DNA of 64,000 nucleotides, from positions 304,916,001-304,980,000 of the forward strand of contig OZ024741.1 of NCBI GenBank assembly GCA_964016885.1, read 5' to 3'. Under the pieces are notes generated by a model. The model was not told the DNA's origin. It did no database searches and saw nothing but the letters and a program-made list of their open reading frames with translations. Source of the stretch: Eledone cirrhosa. Taxonomy: Eukaryota. Of the stretch, positions 1-13,615 are shown in pieces. Position numbers and translations under genes: made by a program. The first letter of the stretch is position 1. Each line of letters starts with the position of its first letter.

Positions 1-1558
1 AAATAGTACTGTGACTGCATCACCATATTAAAAATTAACAGTATTAATACAGCAAATTTTTCTAATGATATGTCCACTAGTAAAGATACTATAAATATTT
101 GCATTAAAAGAGCCCCATTTTCTACTAAATCATTAAAGGTCGTTAAGAGCTAAGAGTTCTTGCTCCTAAGTGATAATGATAGCTTCTATACAATGTTATA
201 AATAATAATTGAATATGTATCATAATTGTTTTATAATGAAGCATTACTTTAAAAAAAAAGAGGAAGGTTTTGGCATTTGTACTTTTAAGTAAGTGAAGCT
301 CTTTCTGGTTGTAATTCTGATCCAGCCAGCTGGTTCTATTCACTATCTTGCTACTGGTCTAAGTCTAAAGTCTATCTCAAGCCAGAAGGCTCATTAGGCT
401 GGTGCTTATCCTGGTTTTGTGGTATGAAGGGACTGATATGATGCCAGTCCATGGCAAGGTTAAACTCCCAGCTATTGCTGGTACACACAACCCAGCACAG
501 GAATTGAACCCATGGCATTATGTGATACACGAAGCACATATTATATTAAAGGATAAATCTCAACATTAGCATCTCAGATTAATGAAGCTGAAGTTACCTA
601 TATGTGGATGGAATGCTTCTCTTGCAAGTAGCAATACTAGAAGATCTGACATCTAGGCAATGACAACTTCCCTAATGCTGGTGTCACGATAAAATGCACT
701 TGGCAGAGCATGGGATTTTATGTTGGCTCCCCTTGGTCTACCTGGAGGTCAGTGGCTTGAAAACTGACTGGTCTGTGATGACACATCTAACTCTTGCTAG
801 CTGGGAACACGGATGTTAAACAATGACGATGATGAGACAACTGCAACAATATCGAAGTAAGTATAGTTCTCAGGAAGATAGAATATCATACTTGTATAAA
901 TTCACTACCTTAACCAACCAAATATGTCACCTCTACACCTATGGTTAAATACATTTTCTGTTCATGCAAAAGTCATCATTATCATTATATATCTATTTTC
1001 TTTGCTGGAATGGGTTTAATGGATTGTCATGATCAGAGACTAGACTAGTTAAAAAGCCAACTTGATGCCTATCTTAATGCCAACTACTTTACCAGTTTTT
1101 AGAATAGGTAAACCATATACTTGCATGTTATAAGAAGTGGCTAAAAGGGCTGGCATCAACCTTTAATACATTGTCTCAAACCATCTCATCCAAACCCATA
1201 CCATCATGGAAAAGTGATTACAAAAATGACGATGATGATGATGACGACTGGATGCATTTTATCATGGCACCAGCATTAGATGCTATCATGTACTCGACAA
1301 GTCTTTTCTACCCTATATTTTCTGCATTCATACTGTTTATAGTATAAAATAGATTTGTCATTTTGATCATATTTTATTCATGGTTTATTGATTTATCTTC
1401 TTCTTTGCCCACTTATTCCTGAAAAGGAGCCTACACAGTGTACTCTACATGTGAATGGAGTTCCACTGAAGCAGGTGGAGAAGTTGAAATATCTTGGTGC
1501 TTGGTGCCGTGTACACGAGTGATTTATTTATTTATTGAAATGTTTTGTTTTGTTCTAG

Positions 1559-1600
1559 AATATTCCATTCCGGCACTCCTGTGAAGGGCCTGATGACATG
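1559..1600 (+). CDS. yjbQ: YjbQ-like internal exon
   Basis: ttctag|NIPFRHSCEGPDDM|gtaaat. Confidence 0.9.
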
Positions 1601-3694
1601 GTAAATAACCTTAAATAACATTTTCTACTGTTCCATTTATTTAAATAAATAAGTTAGGTAATTAAGCAGTTTATTCTACAACCATATGGTTCCCAGTTTG
1701 ATTCCACTTTGTGACAGCTTAGGCAAGTGTCTTCTACTATATGTTTGGTGGACGGAAACTGTGCAGATGTCTGTTGGGTGTATGCTTTTATGTCTATTTG
1801 GTATTCTTATATCCTGTAACTTAAATGTTTGACAAATAGAGACTGATAAAATATACAGGCAAGTGTCTTCTACTATAACTTTGGGTTGACCAATGCTTTG
1901 TAAGTGGAATTTGATATACAGAAACAGTGCAGATGCCTGTTGTAAGTATATGTGTGTCTGTCTTTATGTTTATGTTGTGTCTTAACAGTTTGACAATCAG
2001 AGATTCAAAAAATATACATCAGAATGAAATCAGAACTGGATTAATATGACTAAAACCATTGAGTGCTATGCCCAAGCATGTTCACCTTTTAATAACTGAA
2101 ACCAATAAGAGTAAACAACTATATGTAATTCTAAATTTCTTTATCTTCTAGCAGAGAAAGGATGGTTTATGACTACTTGTGTCTTTTATCCACAGCCTGC
2201 TCATATTAAAGCTGCATTTATAGGCAGTAATCTCTCCATACCTGTCACTGACGGTAAACTTAACCTTGGGACTTGGCAAGGGTTGTGGATGTTTGAACAT
2301 CGAAATCATGCAAGTAAGTTATAATCCTATACCTTTTATATCTATTTTATCATAAGTTAGGTATCATCATCATTAATTCAACTTTTTCATGCTGGCATGG
2401 GCTGGATGGGACTTTTTGAGGTTTTTCATTCTGCCAGTAAGAAAAGGAAAAATAATAGATGTAAAATGATGTTTAAAAAAAGAAAGGATTTCTGGTTTGC
2501 ACATGGCTAGATGAAGTTTCACTGAAGATAAAGTATTTTTATAGATGGTCTCCTGCCATTTATAAAAAAATATGATTACGAATACAAGCGGCCGAAATAG
2601 GTTCCTCTGAAGGGTCTTTGGAGTAACACTACTCGATAGAGTGCGTAGCTCGGAGCTCAGAGTCACTCAAGGTAAAGCCGCTACTTCTCCGAATTGAAAG
2701 ATCATAGCTCCAATACTATGGGCATGTGGTTAGAATATCTTAGGAAAGAATCGCTGGACAGATTTTATAGGCAAAACCAACTGGTAGGAGACCCAGTGGC
2801 AGACCATGAGCTTGGCGATCCAGCTGGAGACGGTTGCTTCAGACAGGACTCGTTGGAAGGAGTGGGCAAAGATCTCCTGCCATAAGCTATTCCGTTTTGA
2901 AATAGTGTAATCCATATCTCCTTGCTGTTGAATATCTCCAGATACACACACATACTTTAGTGTAGTGCAATATATTGTGGTACTTGTTGCCTTTGATAGT
3001 TGACAGTCACAGTCGAAGTGCTGAATATTGATACAGATGTGTCTTGGATTTCAAAGAGGACATAGACTTACTCTAAACCATTTGCATCAGCAACACTAGT
3101 AGCTGCTGGATTTGGGAGCAGAAGCATACTGGAATTTTTAGGCAAAGAGTTTGAATGGTTATAGTGCTGTGATAAGGATGTATGTATGGGAGGGAGTTTG
3201 TTCAGCAGAGGTGATGGGATTTGTAGCAAATTCAAATTTGATTATTGGAATTTGACAGAATTATACTAGCCACTTATTAACCCTTTATCATTTGAACTGG
3301 CCACAATTCTCTCACCTCTTTCTGTTCAAACAGGCTGTAACCAGTCACTCATACTTATGTGAAGGCATTGTTCTTAAAATAAATATCAAAAACTCATAGA
3401 ATAGATATTATATGAGGTAAAGCCTTTACCATGAAAATATAGAGTTATGTAAATGCTAAAGGGTTAAACATGTGTCCTATTGATACAGTAGTATCAGAGA
3501 TATTATAGGTATCTCACAGAGGATTTTGATATGAAAAGCAGTGAATACCATCAGTGGATGTGTTTAATAGATGGAAAATATTTTAACCAGAAATATAAAA
3601 GTCAGAATAATTTTGGTACTTTTCACTTTTGCATCTTATTCTATTTACAGGTTCAAGAAATCTAGTGTTAACACTACAAGGCATTCCAAAGTAA
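1559..3694 (+). CDS. yjbQ: YjbQ/UPF0047 family protein, 3' part; join(1559..1600,2196..2313,3651..3694); 5' exons not found in window
   Basis: Spliced translation NIPFRHSCEGPDDM|PAHIKAAFIGSNLSIPVTDGKLNLGTWQGLWMFEHRNHAS|SRNLVLTLQGIPK*; H..EGPDDMPAHIK and LGTWQG are UPF0047 signatures; GT-AG introns with compatible phases. Confidence 0.92.
2196..2313 (+). CDS. yjbQ: YjbQ-like penultimate exon
   Basis: ccacag|PAHIK...LGTWQG...EHRNHA|gtaagt. Confidence 0.92.
2575..2880 (+). mobile_element. RTE-type LINE family 2, degenerate 3' fragment (related copies ~4060-4257 +, 22105-22990 -, 28283-29100 +, 31160-31457 -)
   Basis: Frameshifted LRRVFGVTLLDRVRS...YYGHVVR...KPTGRRP; recurring internal homology; (AAG)n tail in other copies. 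Confidence 0.7.
3281..3463. mobile_element. piggyBac-type MITE family A (also 49505-49702, 59894-60114)
   Basis: TTAA|CCCTTT...AAATGCTAAAGGG|TTAA termini; three homologous copies. Confidence 0.8.
3651..3694 (+). CDS. yjbQ: YjbQ-like last coding exon
   Basis: ttacag|SRNLVLTLQGIPK-TAA; phase 1 matches the previous exon. Confidence 0.85.
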
Positions 3695-4438
3695 AAAAAC
3701 ATAAAAACAACATTAGTTGCTCCACTCGGGAATTGTCAACCAGAACTGTAAGCCTTATTTTAAAAATTGGTCACCCAGCTTTTTTTGTTGTTGTAAGAGT
3801 TTTTATTGAATATTAAACGTTTTACTAATCTAAGTATATTTTTGTTAAATCTTATTAATCTAGCTATAAATTTGTTAATTTTTCATTACCATATTTCGTT
3901 AACTTTTTCATTACCATATTTCTTGTGACACTATATAAATTTGAAGGGATTTATTAAAATTATTAATTATTTCATTTTTCTTTGATAGCATTTATAATGT
4001 AATTAATTTAACAAAAGGTTCTTATATCAAGTTATGTTGGAAGGTTTTGATTTAAATAATATAAAACCAACTGGCAGGAGACCCAGGGGTTAACCCTGAG
4101 TTAGATGGTTGGATAACATCCATGAGCTTGATTGGTCTCGCTTTGGGATCCAGTCAGATCAATTAGAGACAGTTGCTTCTGACAGGACCTGCTGGAAGAA
4201 GTGTTTGAGGACCCTACCCCCATGATTCTCTGAGGAATAAGTGGGCGAAGAAGAAGGGGGTAGCAGCAGTGGCAAAATTTTGTTTTAATGGTAACATTCC
4301 TGCAACAATTTTGTCATAGGATGGGTTGGGGTCTCAATATCTAAACTAAACGACTAATAATAAACCGAGAAAAGTTACCTGAGAGTGTTTGTTTAGAGCT
4401 AAATGGAAGGTATGGAGAGTTTTGCCAACCCCATTTAA

Positions 4439-4633
4439 CCCTTTTCATATCAACCAGGGCAAGACTGGCTTTGAAACAAAACCACCCATTTTAAAGGGTT
4501 CCTATTTAAATAAAAATTTTGCAACAATTTTATATAAGAACCTCAGTAATGAAATAATAATTTTAGTAAACCCCTCAAAATATTTCCTTAATGAAACACA
4601 GTATATTTCATTAGCAATGTGGTAATGAAAGGG
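4439..4633. mobile_element. piggyBac-type MITE family B (also 50950-51164, 59118-59304 and many degenerate copies)
   Basis: TTAA|CCCTTTT...AAAGGG|TTAA; shared internal sequence across copies. Confidence 0.78.
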
Positions 4634-5552
4634 TTAACTATGCCTCGTTTTAGGGTTATCATGAATTTAGATTTTACTCTAGTTACTGAAATAGATTGGA
4701 TCTCCAGTTGTTTGATCATGTGCACCCATAATATAATTCTCAATGAGATTCAGTTTGACAGTGTGTATCAAGGCTGACCCATTGAATTACAGGTACAGCC
4801 AATCTGACAAGCCTCCAAATAGTGCCAGTGGAAGGGAGCTGCAGTAGAGGTAGACCAAGGACTCACTGTTTTACGTCTATTTTCCATGTTTGCATGGTTT
4901 AGATGGTACCTAGTGACTGATGGCAAAAGTAGTAAGACACCTATTTAAATAAGCATACGTCTCTACTTTATTTCTGAATGATAAAAGAACAACGAAGAAG
5001 TGCCAGAAAATACCAGTGGAAGGAAGCTGCAGAAGAGATGGACAGAGAAAGAGGTTATATGAGCTGACCTCAAATCACTGAGACTTACAGAAGAGATGAC
5101 AAAGGAATGCCGCCCAACCCATACGAGCGTGAAAAAACGGACGTAAAGATAATGATGACGATAATGACAATTTCACACAAAGCAAGGGTTAACCTGAGAC
5201 TATGGTAAATGACACTGGCCCAAGATGTTATGCAGTGGGATCAATCCCAGGATCTAAAAACAAGAACAAAAGTAAATCAATAAATGTAAAATACTCTTTA
5301 ATAAATTATAAAACTTCAAAAAAATATACAGTGCAATTGTTGTAGTTTCACCCGTTAAAAATCTAATGAACATTATTATTACTTTGCCAAGTTCAAACAG
5401 AAGATTGTTTCTATATTGACAAATTTCACGCAGCCATGTAATTTCACATATGATACAATTATTGCCTTAGTAAGCACCATACTGAAGCTAATGGGTAATA
5501 ACTCATGGCAGAAAGCTTGTGTAGAGTCTATTTAGAAGAGCAGGCAGATATT

Positions 5553-5631
5553 TTAGATATCAAATTTTAATCTTTCTAGTTTCAATTTGACCTTTAAAAC
5601 TTCCTTGGTCAGATTTTCACCTAATGGGCAC
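5553..5631 (-). CDS. OSGEPL1: OSGEPL1 exon 10 (last coding)
   Basis: (K)CPLGENLTKEVLKVKLKLERLKFDI-TAA. Confidence 0.92.
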
Positions 5632-8600
5632 CTGAAATTTGAAAGGAAAATATACACCATCAGAAAGGATTACCAAAATATGTGTTATATAGTACATACT
5701 ATCAGTTTATTATATTTTTTTAATGAGTGGCATACTGATAAGTTAGGTAGGAAACATGATAAATATAAATCTTTCACTGGTGCAATAAACAGCCAATTGC
5801 TTGGTCTTCTGTGATCAGAGGCATGTATCAATGAGTAACCTTTCCCAGGAAATCTGTTACCTATTTGTTTATAGGAAAAGTGAGTTAGTATAGAATAAAA
5901 TTCTTTCCTAATATGTAATGAAATATGTGTAGTAGATTTGAAATAAAATTGAGTGCTGGTAGACCAATACGTTATCTATTCAGCCATTTTGTTTCGGCAA
6001 GAGCAGAACATGGAGAAACTACAATTGTTTTGTCACTTGTAATATACAAGTAGGCAAGCACTGGAGACCAAAAACAAATTACACAATGTGAACAGTCACC
6101 TGGTGTATACTGACTCTGTAAACCTAAATTTTACGCAGCCATCACTACCTCCCATCAGATAATCTGATCATTGTGTAATAAAAACAATCCATCACAATTC
6201 ATGCTTCCTTAAGTACATACTCCATCTTGATGCTAGTAGCAAATATTGGTTTCTGATTTCATTTGGAAGGACTGGCAAAATGGAGGAAGCAGAGAACAAT
6301 CTGAGGAATCTAGGTGAGAAGTTAGGTATAGGTATAAGGTATACTCTGCAAGAAGGGAAGTTTTAGAGAAAATCAGGTTGTTGTGGGGAAGAAGTGTGTT
6401 CAGAATGGCAGTGGCACGTTTGCCCTCACCAATGTGGAGAAGAAAGAAGCATGGAATACAAATTTCAGAAAACCAGCCAACGTTTTGTTCACTTATAGAT
6501 CAGGTGAATACACGAGTCAAATAAATTTCATCCTCACCAGAAGATGAGACAGAGTGATGGTTGAAAAAATTACAAATATGAAATCAAAATGTGAACGTAC
6601 TTTGCTTCAGGTTCAATCTGTTCATTATCCTTAACAATGCCAATTCCACGGGCCAACTTTTCAATACCATTCCTAGAACAAAAGAAAAATTGGCTTATAC
6701 TGGAATAATTAGTTGATAAATGATAATGTTGTCATATATGACAGACTTAAACCAGTGTATAAGTTCTGACGTGAATAACTTGAAGCTGATCAATGACAAA
6801 TCTGAAGCATCTATGTTTTATTTTCTGCCAAATATATTGAATTGAATTGAAAAAATATTTACCTGGATAAGAATACACCGAACACGCTGGTGCTGGTGTA
6901 ATGATCAAATGAAGCCAGTCAACTCTGTAATGTGGTATTGCTGGTGCCACAACAAAAATCACCCAGTCCACTCTAAGTTAGGGCTGTAGCCACGACAAAA
7001 TGCTCCTAGTAAATGCTGTAAAGTGGTTGGCATTAGGCAGGGCATCCAACCGTAGAAACCACAACAAAAATGGAGTGTACAAGCAAGACATGGTCACCTG
7101 ACCAGTCAGAATGTGACATCCTGTCTAACACATGAAAGGTGAAATTTGAACTCAGAATGTAAAGAGCCAGAACAAATACTGCTAAGCATATGCCTGGTGC
7201 TCAAACGACTATACCAATTCATCACCCTTTGTTTTAAATAAATAAAAAGATAGAGTTGATGTGATATATAAAATAAATCAGAAATATTCTCGATACATTT
7301 AAATAAAATATATCATAAAGCAATTTGGCATTGTGTTTCTATTGAAATACACTGCCTCATCATCATCATCATCATCGTGTAACGTCCATCTTCCACGCTT
7401 GCATGGGTTTGGACGGGAGTTTTCCCACTTGAGGCAAGATTTGTTGTCCTGCTTGTATAGGACTGTCTGGCGGGTTTTCTACGGCTGGATGCCCTTCCTA
7501 ACACCAACCACGTTTACAGTGTGGACTGGGAGGTTTTTACCGTGTTACCTACACGGCCACATTACAGCGTGGACTGTGTGTTTTTTTTGTCGTGACACCT
7601 ACACGACCTCATTTGTTTCAGACTGGATGTTGTGATACCAACATAACTTCACATTTAAGGGGATGGGGTAGGGGTAGGGGTAGTGGGACGGGGGTGTATT
7701 TTGTTAGAGGTGCCTACTGACTAGGTTTCGCTTTGTACTTAGGCAAGGCGGGTCTTTTGTATGACTGTGTAGCGCCAAAGATCTCGTCCAGTGACATTGT
7801 CTTGGAGAGGTGTAAGTGTGTGAGGTCGGAATTTATCAAGTCGTCCCAGGTTTTTCTGGGTCTGCCTACTCCGTGGCTACCGTCTATTTTTATCGCCCTG
7901 CACTTTTTTATACAGCTGTCGTCTTTCATGCGCATCACGTGACCGTACCAACGTAGTCTTCTCTAGAGTAAACAACATCTGATCCCTCTTATTCCTAATT
8001 TCTCCCTTAGTTCGTTTATGCTTTGCCGTTCACGTATATTACTGTTACAACTCCAGCGGAGCATGCAAGCTTCGTTTCTCTCCAGTCTGCGTATATCCTC
8101 TGCACACAATGCCCAGGTCTCACTGCCATGTAACATTGCTGTTCGTATGCAGGCATCATACAGCCTGCCTTTCATTTTTAGAGAGAACCCTTTAGCGGCC
8201 AATAGTGGTATAAGCTCTCTGAACTTTTTCCATCCCGTTCTGACTCTAGCTACTGTACTTTCAGAGCACCCTCCCCCACTGCTGATTTTGTCACCCAGGT
8301 AACGGAAGGTGTCCACTCTTTCTATAGAACCATCTGTGCAATGGAATGAGCTAGTATTCTGTGGGCACTTGCTGCTACTTATTGCACCAGAGCACCGGCC
8401 ACATATAAAATCTATATTCTTAGTTAGCTTACCTGTGATCCCACTACATCTTTTATGCACCCATACTTTGCATTTGGGACATAAAATGGAGTTTCTGCCT
8501 ACTCCTTTCCTACATACTGAGCATGGCCATTTCCCAGATGGGACCAGTGCCCTATTTTCCTTCCTACAAACTAGAACTTTAGTCTTAGACAAGTTAACTT

Positions 8601-11600
8601 TAAGGCCATTTGATTCTAGGCCATGCTTCCATGTTTGGAATTTCTTCTCTAGTTCAGCCATTGATTCAGCTATGAGCGTTAGATCATCTGCATATAGGAG
8701 TTCCCATGGGCAGCCGGTCTTGAACTCCTCTGTTATAGCCTGAAGGGCAATAATAAATAGTAGGGGCCTAAGAACGGAGCCCTGATGAACACCAACTTTT
8801 ACGCTAAACTCTTCACTATATTCGTTGTTAATTCTAACCTTGCTGACTGTTTCTTTATACATGGCTTGTATAGCTCTCACAAGCCATTCAACAACACCTA
8901 GTTTTCTAAGCGCCCACCAGATAATGGAGCGGGGGACTCTGTCAAAGGCTTTCTCCAAGTCAACAAAAGCTAAGTATAGGGGTTTACTTTTAGCTAGGTA
9001 CTTCTGTAGTTGTCGTACAATGAAAAGAGCAACTGTGGTACTTTTACCTGACACAAACTCGAACTGCATTTCATCTAGATCAATTCGTTCTCTGATTAGT
9101 TGCGCTATTACTTTTTCTGTGACCTTCATGATCTGGTCGATTAATTTAATGCCTCTATAGTTACCCCTATCAAGAGCATCTCCTTTACCCTTGTAGCAGT
9201 TAATGATGATGCTGCTACGCCAGTCCTTCGGAACGGCCCCATTCTGTATGACTTGGTTTACTATCCGGGTGACCATAGTGTGTCCCACCGTTCCAGATGC
9301 TTTCAGCATTTCAGCAACTATTTCCGAAGGCCCAGCCGCCTTGCCCGTCTTCATATCTTTGATTGCCTTACTTATTATACTACCTTCAACTAGCACTGCT
9401 GGTCCCTCTATTGGATCGATGTGGGGGCGGACTGTCTTTCTCCCATTTATTCTCCTCATTTAGTAGCCTTTCGTAGTGACACTTCCAAGCTACCTTCTTA
9501 TCAGCGTCAGTGATGGCAAGTACACCATCATCATTAAGGACACACTTCTCCCCGACAATATCACGGTTTTCCTTGACACATTGCCTAGCAATCCTGAACA
9601 CCTATATGTTCTGAACTGCCTATATGTTTCAATTAATTTTGAAAAATTTAATAACCTTTTCATTAGTAAGCTGACATTTGAAACATTACTTAACAAAAAT
9701 TTCTCATATAAAATTATGACGGAAGGATTTAATATAAATAAGCAGTTGTGTATCATAAAACCAGAGAGGTTTCAGGTGAATTGGTATAAAAAGTGTTAAA
9801 ATATATAACTTACCATGCAACCATAATGCCATTATCAGTACAAAGCTTTGGGGGTGGACAAAAAAGGGAACAGTTATATTTTTCACAAACTTTTCGTAAA
9901 TTGCTGATTAAGAATTGATTACTAGCCACTCCTCCCGAGACAACCTAATAAAAGAGGAAAAAACAAATTCAATCCACTTCACATGATTCAAAAATCAACA
10001 TATCTTGTTAATTGTTTCTACTTTTGGCACAAGTCCAGCAATTTATGGAGAGGAGAAAGTTGATTATATTGACCCCTGAACTTAAATAGTACTTTGTTTT
10101 ATTGATCCTGAGAGGATGTAAAGCAATGTTATATTTGGTGTAATTTGAACTGGGAGTGCAGACAGACAAAATGAATACTGCAAAGCATTCTATCTGGTCA
10201 TCCAATGTATCTACCAATCTACTGTTTAAACCTGACAGAGCCCATCCCTCTCCAAGTTTGAACAGCTGATTTCCTCTAGAGAAGGAAAGAGAGTGGAAGT
10301 GAAAAAGATATATAGAGGAAGAACAGACCTCGGTACTGGACTATTACATTTATATTGACCTCAAAATGATGAAAGGAAAAGTTGATAGATAGGTATAGGT
10401 GGAACGTTAAGTTTCATAGCCATGGGGGCAATGCAGCACTTATTGACTATCCTGCCAGTGGCTGCTGCATACTTTACTTATTAATATGTTATGTTGCATT
10501 AAAGTTATCACTAACACAGACTTTGTTACTTACTAAACATTATCAACACATCCTGATATTCTTTAGCATAACGAAAGCTTGTTGAATTTCTTACCAATGT
10601 TTTTTCTTTTCCTAGAAGTCCAGTAATTTCAGAAAACAATAAAGCTCGTTGAACTCTCTTTGCTAGGTGTTTCAAGATGCCAAACTGGAATGAGGCACAT
10701 AGATCAGCCGCATTGGATAGAACAGCATCCCCTTTGATATCTAATAATAAAAGAAAATATAATAATGATTTCTACTATAGGTACAAGGCCAGCAATTTTG
10801 GGGGAGGGGAAAGTCGATTAAATCAACCCCAGTACTTACTGGTGCTTTATTTTCATCGGCTGCATAAGGATGAAAGGGAAAGCTAATTTTAACTCAGAAC
10901 GTAAAGGGCCATAACTCTCAGTCGCACAGCAGGGTGTCCAATGCTCTACCAATACTGCCAATATAATAATGGAAAGCCTGTAGGTCTTCTTCAACACCTG
11001 TTTAAGGATTCGCACCTGGTATACTTTGTAAAGTGCTTGGTGACAGGACTCAAATGCCATTTGAGAAAAGGTCATGCTAGATATGGAAAAAAAGGAATAG
11101 GTAGGAATTCTATATGGCATATCCAATGTAAGCTATGTGGTGGGGTCACAGGTAGGTTGATAAAAAAGGACTTCATATGCAGCAAATTCACAAGAATAGT
11201 CAGTAGTAATAGCACCCATGAAATGCATCCTTTCAAATGCTCAGAAGGCTCTCTAAAAGTCGTTAACAGCTTTTGCTATCTAAGTGACCTAGCAATGGAA
11301 AAAAGTGTTTTGAAAACATAATAGACAATAAAAATAAAGTGGAGAACATTTAGGAAGCAACACCTCTACTAGCAACAAAATGATTCTCATTCTAAGCAAA
11401 AGGCAGATTGTATAATGCTTGTGATGCTGCATGGTAGTAAGACATGGGCATTGAACATAGAGGATATATGAAAGCAGGAAGAAATGAGGTATGTTCAGCT
11501 GGATTTGTAATGTTAATATGCATGAATGATGGAGCTCAAATGAGATGAGAGAGAAATTGCACATAAGAGGAATCAGTTGTAGTGTACAAAAAAGAATAAT

Positions 11601-13584
11601 GGACAGAGCTAGTACAGATATGTGATGTGTATTGAGGATGATAGTTGGATGAAGATGTTCTAAGCAATCAAGGTGGCAGGAACTTGCAGGAGAGGAAGAT
11701 CAAGGACGATATGGAAAGATGTTATGAAAGTTGATATTAGGAGGCTGAACCTTATAATAAAGATGACAAAAGACTGCAACATGTTACAAGACACTACTGG
11801 GGAAGATCCATCCAACCCATGTTAGCATGGAAAATCAGATGTTAATGATGAAGATAGATAATAATGAAATATTTATTATAACATATCTAATACTATGGAT
11901 ATGTTAGCAATAGATATCTGTAATGTAGGGTATGAAATGGAATTTGTGTTTTCCTTTCTCAACTACTTTAACCCATGACATATTGTAAGGATTTAGTAGA
12001 AAATATCTGAAAGTGGGTTTGTTAATTCAAATCATCATCATCATCATCATCACTGTTTTACGTCCGTTCTTCCACGCTAGCATGGGTTAGACGGGTTGTC
12101 CTGTTGTGTGCAGTGTCTGGTCGGCTGACCATGCCTTGCTCATACAGGAACTGATCTGGCTTGATTTCTACAGCTGGATGCCCTTCCTAACACCAACCTC
12201 ATTTACAGTGAGTGCTGGGTGCTTTTTCGTGGCGCCTACACGTCCACTTTACAGTGTGGGCTGGGTGCTTTTTTGCTGTGGCACCTCCACGACCACCTTG
12301 CGGTGGGGGGTGTGGGGTCATATTGTTTATATGCTTCAGCATGTACCCATGGAAGGTCGGGTACTCTGTATTACTGCGTGACGCCAGAAGTCACGGTCGT
12401 GTGTCATTGTCTTTGAGAGGTGTAATTGGGTAAGGTCGGCTTTTATCATCTCATCCCAGGTCATCTTGGGTCTCCCCACTCCGCGGTTTCCATCAACTTC
12501 TAGTGCTCTGCACCTTTTTATGCAGCTGTCATCCTTCATACGCATCACATGTCCATACCAGCGTAACCGCCTCTCCTGCACGCAGCATTTGATTCCTCTT
12601 ATGCTCAGTCTCTCTCTCAATTCCTTTATGCTTTGTCGTTCACGTATATTACTGTTACACATCCATCGGAGCATGCAGGCTTCGTTTCTCTCTAATCTAC
12701 GTAAGTCTTCCACCTTCAGCTCCCAGGTCTCACTACCATGCAACATCGCTGTTTGGATACACGCATCATACAGTCTGCCTTTCATTCTGAGGGAGAAGCC
12801 TTTTGCAGCTAGCAGTGGTAGTAGTTCCCTAAACTTCTTCCATCCCGTTCTTACCCTAGTTATTGTACTTTCTGAACACCCACCTCCGTTGCTAATTCGG
12901 TCACCTAGGTAGCAGAAGCTGTCTACTGTTTCTACAGGGCCCTCCCAAATGTTTATAGTATCTTTACTATTGGAGAGATCCTTGTGAAAATTATTATTAG
13001 TATTAGAGTAAAGACGTTAATTTTTAATGAGATGTTAATATGAGCTATTACAGGCATTGTTGTTTACCTTCCTCCACTTGAAGTGGCCTAGTGTATACAC
13101 CTTTCAGCTTTTTGTCACTCACCTTATTTTCTATCCCTAAAATTCCTACACTGAACATTATATTCAATCTGTATTCTGAAGACAGTGACTCTATAAAATG
13201 ATCTTTCTGCAAACAGTTGATGATGTTGATGTTGAAACTTAAGTATTTGACTGCACCAAATTCTCACCTATAAATCCAACCCTTGCTAGTAGGGAAAGTG
13301 GCTATTAAACTATGCTGCTGCTGATGATGCATGGAGAAGTCAGCAGATAAGGAAGTGCATAAACAGTGAAATATACAAAATGAAATGAAACATAAGAAAA
13401 ATCAGAAATTATATATATATATGCAAGCATGGAAGATGGATGTTAAACGATGATGATGATATAAAAATTGAAAATCAGTGAGAACTTTCTGTCCAACCTG
13501 ATGTGTATATATATATCAAGTATCAAACTAATATACTTCTTCAATGTACTGTGTTGTTTGCTTTATTATTTCTGTTTATTTTTT

Positions 13585-13615
<31 letters not shown>

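Noticed and set aside
13170-13250. Hammerhead-like CTGAAGA...GAAACTTAAGTA
   Set aside because: Stem I does not pair and stem II is poorly defined; at most a decayed relic
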